Part shown: positions 53,787 to 64,000 of the stretch, piece after piece | Layout of the letters: each line of letters begins with the position of its first letter | Numbering within the stretch: the stretch's first letter is position 1 | Source of the DNA: Octopus vulgaris | Lineage: Eukaryota | Direction: 5' to 3' | Assembly (NCBI GenBank): GCA_951406725.2 | Contig: OX597834.1 | Coordinates: 11,284,001 to 11,348,000 of the forward strand | Length of the DNA stretch: 64,000 nt | Program-made: the position numbers and the translations under genes | Notes under the pieces: generated by a model | Databases searched by the model: none | The model's input: only the letters and a program-made list of their open reading frames with translations | Told to the model about the DNA's origin: nothing

Positions 53787-54045
53787 CTCTTTACTCTTTT
53801 ACTTGTTTCAGTCATTTGACTGTGGCCATGCTGGAGCACCGCCTTTAGTCGAGCAAAATCGACTCCCAGGACTTATTCTTTGCAAAGCCTAGTACTTATT
53901 CTATCGGTCTCTTTTTGCCGAACGGCTTAGTTACGGGGACGTAAACACACCGGCATCGGTTGTCAAGTGACGTTGCGGGGACAAGCACAGACGCCCAAAC
54001 ATATACACACACACACACACACATACACACATACACACACACACG

Positions 54046-54108
<63 letters not shown>

Positions 54109-54120
54109 GACGGGATTCTT
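53787..54120 (-). mobile_element. SINE family 2, 3' two-thirds
   Basis: Reverse-complement match. Confidence 0.9.
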
Positions 54121-54143
54121 ATGATAATACATGTACATGATAA

Positions 54144-54300
54144 TGTACATTATTTACATTCGACGGATATTTGTCCTCATCAGGTTTCTTGTTAACACAA
54201 CGTTTCGGTTGATATACCCTCCAGCATTCATCAGGTGTCTTCAGGAAATTTCGAACCTTGGTTCTCAATCCTAAGGTATTTTTCGATGTTATTGTTGTTA

Positions 54301-54366
<66 letters not shown>

Positions 54367-54421
54367 GTGGTTAAGAGCGCGGATACTAACCCCAGATTCC
54401 GAGTTCGGTTCCAGGCAGTGA

Positions 54422-54457
<36 letters not shown>

Positions 54458-54612
54458 CAACATCGAAAAATACCTTAGGAATGAGAACCTAGGTTCGAAA
54501 TTTCCCCAAGACACCTGATGAAGGCTGGAGAGTATATCACCGAAACGTTGTGTTAACAATAAACAGGATAAGGACAAATATCGCCAGATGTAAATAATTT
54601 AAATAATGTAAA
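54144..54612. mobile_element. Family B inverted dimer, second locus
   Basis: Minus arm 54144-54364. Plus arm starts TAGTGGTTAAG at 54365. HHRs at 54194-54239(-) and 54510-54554(+). Confidence 0.88.
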
Positions 54613-55414
54613 TGGCAGGAGTAATATTGTTGAATTTTAAGAAGTATGGAAGTGTTTAAGGATTCAATAATTTTTTGACAGCGAACAGCTAACGCTAAGT
54701 AGTAAATTCCATCTATCGCCAATTCTCTGCGTAGTAAAAAAAGAAAAGCAGGTTCCTATCGTCACGGGTGTTGCGCAATGCATTTGTTGTCATTGTCCTT
54801 AGTATTCACAAGCGAAACCCATAAAATGTCCTTGAGTTTCGCCAGTGACGATGAGTTTAGCAAGACTCTATTGACCCACGATGTTTATAACTTACCATAA
54901 AATTACCAGGTGATGAAATCATAGGTGATATCTTTACTATGATGCAATTTATTTCTAAATTCGCAACGATGAGCCTACAGCCAACCACGAAATGCCCAAG
55001 AGATATTCATGGAAAATTTTTACTAAAATTACGATGGAAAATCAGTTATTGTCGATAATTACACCCGAGTGAAAATCTACATAGTTGTTTTATTCTGAAA
55101 ATAAATTCACATTAAATTGTGTAATACGTGCCGATTTCAGACAGGAAAGAGAGTGAGTTGCACATTTTCTGTCTCAAACTGGTGCTTATAATACCTAATA
55201 GCACATTACATCTAAAATATTAGCACTTATTTAAATCATAAATTCATATTTATACCTTTAATAATTCACCGATATTGTTGTATTACCAAACGTTTAATCG
55301 ATAATGTGCTACGTTTTAGAAAACGTACGTAGAACCATAGAAGCCTACACACATACATACATGTTGATACGTAGACACACACACGCATACATTTATGTCT
55401 ACACACACACACAC

Positions 55415-55468
<54 letters not shown>

Positions 55469-55499
55469 ATATATATGTGTGTGTATATATATGTGTGTG

Positions 55500-55532
<33 letters not shown>

Positions 55533-56270
55533 ACACATATACAAACATACGTAAATATATGTTAATTACACATTTTAATGTATATAATATACATTAACAC
55601 ATACACTCACACACGCACAAATGTGTACGCGCGTGTTTCTGAGAGCATGAATGTGTGTGCGTGCATGTGTGGGCATATATGTGTGCATGGGTGCGACTGT
55701 GTGTGTGTGTATGTGTGTGTGTGCGTGTGTGTGTGTGTGATTGTGTGTGTATGCAATTAAGATTTTAATCGTTGGAAGGGTGCCATGCCGGGGCATTTTT
55801 CTCAGCAAGGTTAGCGAGGAAATTGACTTTTATACATATGTCATAACGCTGATAACTAATTTAGGCTCGAGGCCAGCGATTTCGAGGCAAGGGTGATTTA
55901 GTTGATACGATGAAGCTATGTACTTGAATGGGCTGAGATGATGAAGGGCGACGTTGAACTTATCGGGATTTTGAATTTAGAATTTAAAGGGTAGGAACCA
56001 GATTTCTGATTTAGGTTCAAGACCACCAAATTTGGGGGGTGAGGAGAATTAGCTGATGCCATCGATCTCTATACTTGGAATGATATTTTAATTTACCCCC
56101 TCTTAAAAGGGGAAATGCAGAATAGACCTCGGTGTTTTGAAATAAAGACGTGAGATTAGCAGGAATGTGAATGGAATCGGAATGCAATTGTTTATTATGA
56201 AATACGGTTACCAATACTTAGGTGAGAGGAAGCATTCTACATCATAGATCGCTATACTTGAACCATATTA

Positions 56271-56742
56271 AGGGCGGCGAGCTGGCAGAAACGTTAGCAC
56301 GCCGGGCGAAATGCGTAACCGTATTTCGTCTGCCGTTACGTTCTGAGTTCAGATTCCGCCGAGGTCGACTTTACCTTTCATCCTTTCGGGGTCGATAAAT
56401 TAAGTACCTATTTCTTTATTACCCACAAGGGGCTAAAGACAGAGGGGACAAACAAGGACAGACATAGATATTAAGTCGATTACATCGACCCCAGTGCGTA
56501 ACTGGTATTTAATTTATCGACCCCGAAAGGATGAAAGGCAAAGTCGACCTCGGCGGAATTCGAACTCACAACGTAACGCAGACGAAATACCGCTAAGCAT
56601 TTCGCCCGGCGTGCTAACGATTCTGCCAGCTCGATAAATTAAGTACCAGTTACGCACTGGGGTCAAAGTAATCTACTTAATCCCTTTGTCTATCCTTGTT
56701 TGTCCTCTCTATGTTTAGTACCTTGTGGGCAATAAAGAAATA
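56271..56742 (+). mobile_element. SINE family 1 with an antisense family 1 copy (56409-56630) nested inside it
   Basis: Perfect 17-bp TSD TCGATAAATTAAGTACC at 56392-56408 and 56631-56647. Confidence 0.95.
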
Positions 56743-56900
56743 CATATTGTATTTTATCGACCCTGGAAGGCTAAAATGTAAATGTGACATCAGCGGGATT
56801 TGAACTCAATGTAATATATCAGAAGAAATACATGAAGTAGTTCTCCTCAACTCTAAAGTATATGCTTGATTGCCATCTAAACTCACGAGAAATGGATGGA

Positions 56901-57169
56901 TGCACTCCGTCGGTTACGACGATGAGGGTTCCGGTTGATCCGAATCAACGGAACAGCCTTCTCGTGAAATTAACGTGTAAGTGGCTGAGCATTCCACAGA
57001 CACGTGTACCCTTAACGTAGTTCTCGGGGATATTCAGCGTGGCACAGAGAGTGACAAGGCCGGCCCTTTGAAATACAGGTACAACAGAAACAGGAAGTAA
57101 GAGTGAGAGAAAGTTGTGGTGAAAGAGTACAGCAGGGATCACCCCCCCCCTGCCGGAGCCTCGTGGAGT
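56901..57169 (-). mobile_element. SINE family 3, 5'-truncated
   Basis: Reverse complement of ~5587-5857. Confidence 0.92.
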
Positions 57170-57177
57170 CACGAGAA

Positions 57178-57832
57178 ATACTTATTCTGTAACATACTTT
57201 TCGTCACAAGTGACTATTCGGTCAAGAAAAATATCATTGGTGTTTCGCAGAAAGAGCATCGAGCACACTTCAAAATACCGAACTTTTTGACTTTCAGTGA
57301 GCTCATGCGGTACCAATTTATCGAGCTTTTTCACCTTGCCAATCTTCTTCAGATTGCATGAGACCGTTGCAATATCGATGCCAAGTGCCTGAGACATTTC
57401 TCTGACACTTTGACGTTGGTTTTGTTCAGCTATTACTTTCAGTTGTTCATTGTGAAAACAGCATGATCACCCTTACCCTCTTCATCTTCATGTTTCTCAT
57501 CACTACTACGAAATTTCTAAAACCACCTTCGTACAGTGCGATCACTTGTAGACCCCTCTCCTCATGCTTTGTTGATATTGGCAGCAGTTTGGGCCCAAGT
57601 TTGAACTGATGCAAGAAAAGTAAGCGAAGGTCCTTTTTTGTCATGTTCATAATTAAGGGCGCCTATGCTTCAAGAATATTTTCTGTCTGAAATAAGTAGA
57701 AAATTATTAAAGAGCATACATTAATTATTAAATATGTCGAAATTCACCTAAAATATAATTAAAATACTATGATAAAATTTCGTTTCTAAACATAACACTT
57801 AGAGTAGCTGTTATTTTCGGAGCAACCTGATA
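57178..57832 (-). pseudogene. Mariner 5' TIR plus N-terminal transposase fragment
   Basis: MTKKDLRLLFLHQFKLG, KKLDKLVPHELT (WVPHEL) and FLDRIVTCDEK. TIR TATCAGGTTGCTCCGAAAATA. Confidence 0.88.
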
Positions 57833-58681
57833 ATTAAGTATATTTTACCTTCGTTACTTAGCCCGTCTGTAACGCTTTCACGGGACTAGTTGAAGGGAAG
57901 GGCGAATGGCGAAAGTAAAAGGAGAGAGAAAAATGGGTAAGGCGAAGAGTGAGAGTAAAAGAGGGAGAGTTCTGTGTAATAAGGCTATAAAATTTTGCAT
58001 AATCTATACAAAGGGTGTGTATAAAGTGCATTAAGAAATCATCGTATTCCATTTTCTTACACTTTTCAATAATTAGCAGAAGTTTTTTCACTTTTTAACG
58101 ATACAAGCAGAACATCAGGTCTTTTGAAAAACGTTTTCAGAAATAAACCAGTAAGTTTATCATTAATTCCCTGAAATATTCATGGGTCCCACTAGTTTAT
58201 ATATGATTAGATCAAGATATACCGAGAATCTCTCGATCTCATGTTACCCATATATGTGTGTGTGTGAGGGAGTGTATGTGAGTGTATCATACGCATACAT
58301 TCAAATAATGGTTACAAACCTCGTTAAGGAACAACAAAATCCTTTAAAATTACTAGTTAGTTACCTCTACAAAGAATGTTGAACATTACAGTTAATATTC
58401 AACTGTAAGGTAACATTCTAAACTGTGGTTTATGAATATTTATTCATTACCATAAGATAAGAAAATAGAGAGATAATTAATAAATTATCATTTATTGATT
58501 TAAGAAATTTACAGAGATCTCTTACTGCTCTTTCAATTCAAGTCCTTCAGAAAATTAATTAATAAAATTTTTAATTATTTGAAAGTCGAATCTCGTCAGA
58601 GGTAGTTTAAGATATACAAAACAGGTGCTCAATTCCTGTAGGTTGAGTAAACGGCTGTAAACCGGCCCTTTGTTTGTTTGT

Positions 58682-58724
<43 letters not shown>

Positions 58725-59172
58725 CAGAGAGAGAGAGAGAGAGAGAGAGTGTGTGTGTGTGTGTGTGCTTGTACACAACTTATGAATTACAACAAACTAG
58801 TATGTTTCTAAGACTTTTGAGATGCAAGTATGTTGAGAGAGTTTCGGCTCGGCATCTGTCATGTAGTAAGTTTAATCAATAATCTAGTTAACGAAATTAA
58901 CTTAGTAAATTATATTAGCTCTATATTGAATCAAAACAAGTCCGTATTGCTTTATAATATATTCAAAACTAATCTATGACTACTGAAATCTATAACATTC
59001 GTTTAGAGATTGCGCAATGTTGTTTATGCAATCAGAAATTCGTGTCACGACATTAGCAGTCATAGATTTTCAGTTTCTCACGGTAATATATCTTCGTTGA
59101 TTTTCAACGCTGAACTCATATCAAAAAGGTTCACTGCAACGCGCACACGCTTTTACATACGTGCATACATAC

Positions 59173-59204
<32 letters not shown>

Positions 59205-59412
59205 ACCTGTATTTCTGTTGGGTATATGTATGTACAGATATATACGTATGATATACCTCTATATATACATATATGCATTTATATATACATATATGTGAAT
59301 AAATAATTATATATAAACATATGTGCGTATATATATGTTTTCACATGTGTCTGTGCGGGCGATGTGTGTGTATGTTTGTGTTTGAATGTGTATGTATGAA
59401 TATGTATATATG

Positions 59413-59444
<32 letters not shown>

Positions 59445-59538
59445 CCCACACATATATGCACACATATACCTACATACATATATGTGCATAAATATCTCTA
59501 TATAGACATTTATACATATCTGTCCATATATCTATCTA

Positions 59539-59573
<35 letters not shown>

Positions 59574-60401
59574 ATCTATGTAGGGGTGGTTGTGGGTGGT
59601 TGTGTGTTTGTGTTGTATATGCATGTATAAATATAAATGTGTGTGTATATATATATATATATATATACTCACGCACATATATGCATATATTTATTTATTT
59701 ATATGTGTGTTTATATATATGCATGCATATATATGTATACGTGTATGTGTGTGTTTGCGTGTGTGCTTGTTTCCGTGTATGTGTGTGTGTGTGTGTGTGT
59801 TTGCATGTGTGTGTATGTGTATGCGTCTGTGCGTGCACGCAATACAAATTAACAAGGATTTACAAATCCAGTTAGGTGTCTTGTAAGCACTTTGTAGCGA
59901 CCCAAATTTTGAAAATTACTTTGATCAGTAGACCAACATGAAATCCAAATGGAACTTATATCAACGACCTCACTTCTAGCTCGATTAAAAATCTAAAGTT
60001 TCCTTCAAAGAATTTGGAAAACATTCCAGTTTATATTACAAGACCTTAACTAGAATTAAGATCAATACATCTTTAAAATGGGATTACACCACGCATGGTT
60101 AGTGAAGTTGATAATGATCGAAGTGGATAGATTGAAAGACAGATTAAAACAAAGCATGAAAGATAAGATGTAAGTTACTGTATTAGTTTCACGCTGGAAA
60201 ACATGAAATTTATTTAGCGTTTCGGAGGTAATATCTTCATCAAAGCTATAATCTAAGAGAAATATGAGAATCACTTACAAAGAGTGTGAAGACTGAAATG
60301 GTTACACGTGAGCATTACATGAGCGATACAATGTAGGCATAAATATGTGTGTGTGCGTGGGATTGTGTGTGTTTACGAGTTCTTATATGTGTGCCCGCAG
60401 G

Positions 60402-60440
<39 letters not shown>

Positions 60441-60645
60441 ACACACACAGAAAAACGAATATACACATGCACTTACATCGACACCACCACATATATGGTA
60501 ATAATTTAGTAGCTCTACGTCGCCGCGTAATATAGAAAATTATAGAAAAAATTGTAAGGTGTACAATGAACTTGTTGTGAGGAGTGGAATATCTAACGTT
60601 TCGGATATGTTTGACTTTTTTCTCATTTTCTTCGCTTTTTCTCTG

Positions 60646-60680
60646 CCCTCTGACGAAGGCTTGAATCCGAAACGTTGGAT
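60646..60680 (+). ncRNA. Minimal hammerhead-like motif (family F), weak stem I
   Basis: CTGACGA A GG..CC GAAA CG TT at 60650-60676. The 3' half is duplicated in inverted orientation at 60567-60606. Confidence 0.6.
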
Positions 60681-60992
60681 ATTCCAATCTTTACATCAAG
60701 TTCACTACCCATTTAACTTTTTTCTATATTTATTCATATATATGTATATCTTATCGTTGTTGTATCCCATGTCATTTCTGCTTGAATACATCTATGACTA
60801 AAAGCGTTCACGCATGAATATTCTTCCTTCTATCTGAACCCACGTCCACAATATATAATATTCAAAAATTCCAATTGCTTTTCATAAAATGTAAGGCGGT
60901 ATTTATAAAACAGTTACTTCTATAACTTCAAGCAGCTTCGAAGTGAGTCTCCCATCGGACTGTAAAATGTTGTTGTTGTTGTATTACTCCCA

Positions 60993-61397
60993 CTTTTACT
61001 CTTTTACTTGTTTCAGTCATTTGACTGCGGCCATGCTGGAGCACCGCCTTTAGTCGAGCAAATCGACCCCGGAACTTATTCTTTGTAAGCCCAGTACTTA
61101 TTCTATCGGTCTCTTTTGCCGAACCGCTAAGTGACGGGGACGTAAACACACCAGCATCGGTTGTCAAGCAATGCTAGGGGGACAAGCACAGACACACAAA
61201 CATGTACACACACATACACACATATACATATATACGACGGGCTTCTTTCAGTTTCCGTCTACCAAATCCACTCACAAGGCATTGGTCGGCCCGGGGCTAT
61301 AGCAGAAGACACTTGCCCAAGATGCAAACGCAGTGGGACTGAACCCGGAACCATGTGGTTGGTTAGCAAGCTACTTACCACACAGCCACTCTCCTGC
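60993..61397 (-). mobile_element. SINE family 2, full length
   Basis: Reverse-complement match. Confidence 0.95.
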
Positions 61398-62242
61398 TTA
61401 GCCACGGGCGAGCTGCAATAATATAGACTAGCTGGGATCAAAGATATCCATTGTAACAAGATGAGTTTTAGGAACACTTGAGTGGGGTCTGGTCTTAACT
61501 TGTCACATACAAGTCGAAGAAAAGGAACCAAAAATCCGGCTGTCTTCGATAACAATAAATAACACTTTATTCTTCGGGTTCACAGGTAAAATATATACAT
61601 ATATATTTCTTAAGGGCGAACCGGCAGCCAAGTCCACAGGACTGTTTACAAATGTTCACTCGGGTGAGCCAAGAATATTACGGTCTCTGTTCACGCTTCG
61701 AAGAGAGAGCTTCTCTGTGCGTAGGGTTTTCTCTGAGAGAAGTTTTAGTCACGTCCGCTCGGTAGGGCTGCTCTTCCATTGGTTTCCATTGAAAATCTAT
61801 TTAAATGCCCGTGATCCAATTTTATTATTCCAAGATGGTAGGATGTGATCTGGGGGATACTTGCGGGTAATTTCTAACAGCAGATGCAACAAATTGAAAA
61901 CTGCACGCTAACATTGAAATATGTCACTTGTCTATAGAAATTAATATTTTTTTTAACATTGTGTGCTGGTAAAACTGGATATAGATCTAATATCAGACAA
62001 CTTCAAGCCTTTAAGAAGATATAGCAGGATTTTATATTTACAACAACAATGAACGATGTATATTTTCATATATTTTAAAACTGAAATTTTAAAATATTTA
62101 ACTGCTAAAATTAATAGGGCATGTGATGGCGTAGAATATCAATGCTTAAATACGTTGCGATTTCGCGGTACATTGAATAAGTCATTTAAAGTTTAATGGT
62201 ACCCCATTAGATACACACACACCTATCTATATACAAGAATGT

Positions 62243-62293
<51 letters not shown>

Positions 62294-62308
62294 TGTGTGT
62301 GTGTATGA

Positions 62309-62347
<39 letters not shown>

Positions 62348-62362
62348 TGTGTGTGTGTATGA

Positions 62363-62398
<36 letters not shown>

Positions 62399-62404
<6 letters not shown>

Positions 62405-63258
62405 TACTGGAAGTATAAGAAGAAACGAAACGTAACGAATCGAATCGAATCCGTTCGTACATATATGTATGTATGTATGCATATATTTTATTTATTACAC
62501 AATTGTATGACTGAGCGCCTTCGCGTCGATTCGATTCGATTCGTTCCGTTTCTTCTTCTTCTCCCAGTACAGTTTTTATATATAATTATGACGCGAAACC
62601 CTATACCTCTTTGCTTAACCTTCCCTTCTCTCCCTTTCTCTCTCTCTCTCTCTCTCCTCCTCCTCATCTCTCTCACAGCCGTTTGTCTTCCTCTATCTCT
62701 CTCTCTCTCTCTCACTCCTCCTCATCTCTCTCACAGCCGGCCAAATACTTCCTTTTGCATGCGGCCTTCTAACTGTAAACACACGGTTTTCTTGCGCTCC
62801 TTGAATCTCTCCTCGTCTAGGCAAAAAAGGCCCTCTTTGGTTGTTTTCTTGTGTGTTTTTCTTTCTTGTATTGTATTTTTTTGTAATTGTATTTTTATTT
62901 TGTATTTTATTTTGTATTTTATTTTGTATTTTATTTTGTATTTTATTTTGTAATTTTATTTGTATCGTTTTTACGTCCTGTTTGTGTCACATTTTGTTCT
63001 TTCCTTGTTTTTAGCCCTCTGCGAAGTATTTTCCTTTAATTTCTTCGCAGGAAGGGCTAGTTCGACGAGTCATGTTCTGTCCTCACCTTCGAAACACGCT
63101 GGAGTTGAACTAGGGACAGCTGATGAAGGGGATTTTTCCTTGTGTAGTTTGTCTAGTACTCTGTTTTTTCTTTGTAAAAAACAGGTTCGTTCCATGCTTG
63201 TTTTTACGTTTTCGTTCTCGTTCAGTTCTGCGTCTATTTCTGGTGTCCTGTACTCACG
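62399..63258 (+). mobile_element. TA-embedded Penelope-like non-autonomous element with inverted partial duplication and rearranged hammerhead
   Basis: Inverted repeat 62399-62451 / 62528-62575. (TTTTATTTTGTA)n at ~62893-62952. HHR boxes at 63071-63131. TA tracts on both sides. Confidence 0.6.
63057..63131 (+). ncRNA. Candidate non-circularly permuted hammerhead ribozyme
   Basis: Order: CATG-TT-CTGTCC, then CCTTC-GAAA-CACG, then GGACAG-CTGATGA-A-GGGG. All three stems can pair. Confidence 0.6.
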
Positions 63259-63343
63259 TATATATATTTATATATGCATGTATATATACATGTAGGTACG
63301 TACATATATGTATGTATGTATGCATATATTTTATTTATTACAC

Positions 63344-63386
<43 letters not shown>

Positions 63387-63446
63387 ATACATAGATTCAG
63401 ACATACATATATACATATATATACACGCGCGCACGCACACAGACAC

Positions 63447-63486
<40 letters not shown>

Positions 63487-63525
63487 ATATATGTGTGTGT
63501 GTGTGTATATATGTGTGTGTGTGTG

Positions 63526-63589
<64 letters not shown>

Positions 63590-64000
63590 TGTATGTATCG
63601 TTATATATTTTTGAAGTATTAAATTCGTTAGTTATTTAAAAGCTGTACTCAGCGCATTCAATACCGACCGCTTCAACAGAAAGAAGCGACCTTTTAAAAT
63701 CAAATTGCAATTAGAGACGCTACAATCTTAATGGGGAGTAACTCTGAGAGCAAGTATTGTCTGTCAGTTGCATGTTTACCTCCCATGTATCCTGATAGAT
63801 TTTTACGCTTAGCACTGAACCGGATTATATCTCTTGGACCAGTAAATATTTTACCGATCTCGGACAGTATATAAAGTAAAAACCTCTGCATCGCAATTTC
63901 AACAAAGGCTATGTTGAAAAAAAAAAAAGAAACAAAAAGGTGAAAGAACAGCTTAAGTGTTTGATACTATACCAATTTTCCAATCCATTGTAGCAATTTC

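Noticed and set aside
54365-54425. Functional tRNA gene (also 5476-5550 and 32406-32465)
   Set aside because: No complete acceptor stem, and each continues into a repeated element body. These are SINE heads.
57860-58195. Additional Helitron 3' ends (hairpin plus CTAGT at ~57886 and ~58192)
   Set aside because: No matching 5' end or second copy in the window, so too weak to annotate.
63051-63135. HDV-like ribozyme fold (TCCTCAC resembles L3)
   Set aside because: No P3 pairing around the loop and the wrong helix order. Hammerhead boxes explain the sequence better.

Overview
AT-rich, gene-free (intergenic or intronic) eukaryotic DNA, almost certainly from an octopus (inferred from the SINE families). 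I find no host protein-coding exon. Nearly all long ORFs in the track are microsatellite read-throughs. The window is a mosaic of three tRNA-derived SINE families (about 35 copies), non-autonomous Helitrons, a Helentron/DINE-like element, a MITE, decayed mariner/maT/Sola2 transposases, fragments of RLE-, APE-, CR1- and RTE-type LINEs, and very extensive (TA)n, (CA)n, (AAT)n and (GATA)n tracts. The unexplained signal is about 14 hammerhead-ribozyme (HHR) cores belonging to about 7 short non-coding element families. Most lie in or beside microsatellites and carry inverted partial duplications, both of which are Penelope-like (PLE) hallmarks. Three cases stand out. (1) A tRNA-headed SINE with an HHR in its tail, found twice as a head-to-head inverted dimer (32115-32680, 54144-54612). 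(2) An HHR whose three strands are in a non-circularly permuted order (63057-63131), with a decayed covarying relative at 46091-46170. (3) A ~200-bp TA-targeting family whose four copies all have U at HHR core position 6. All structures were paired by eye, and ribozyme activity is untested.
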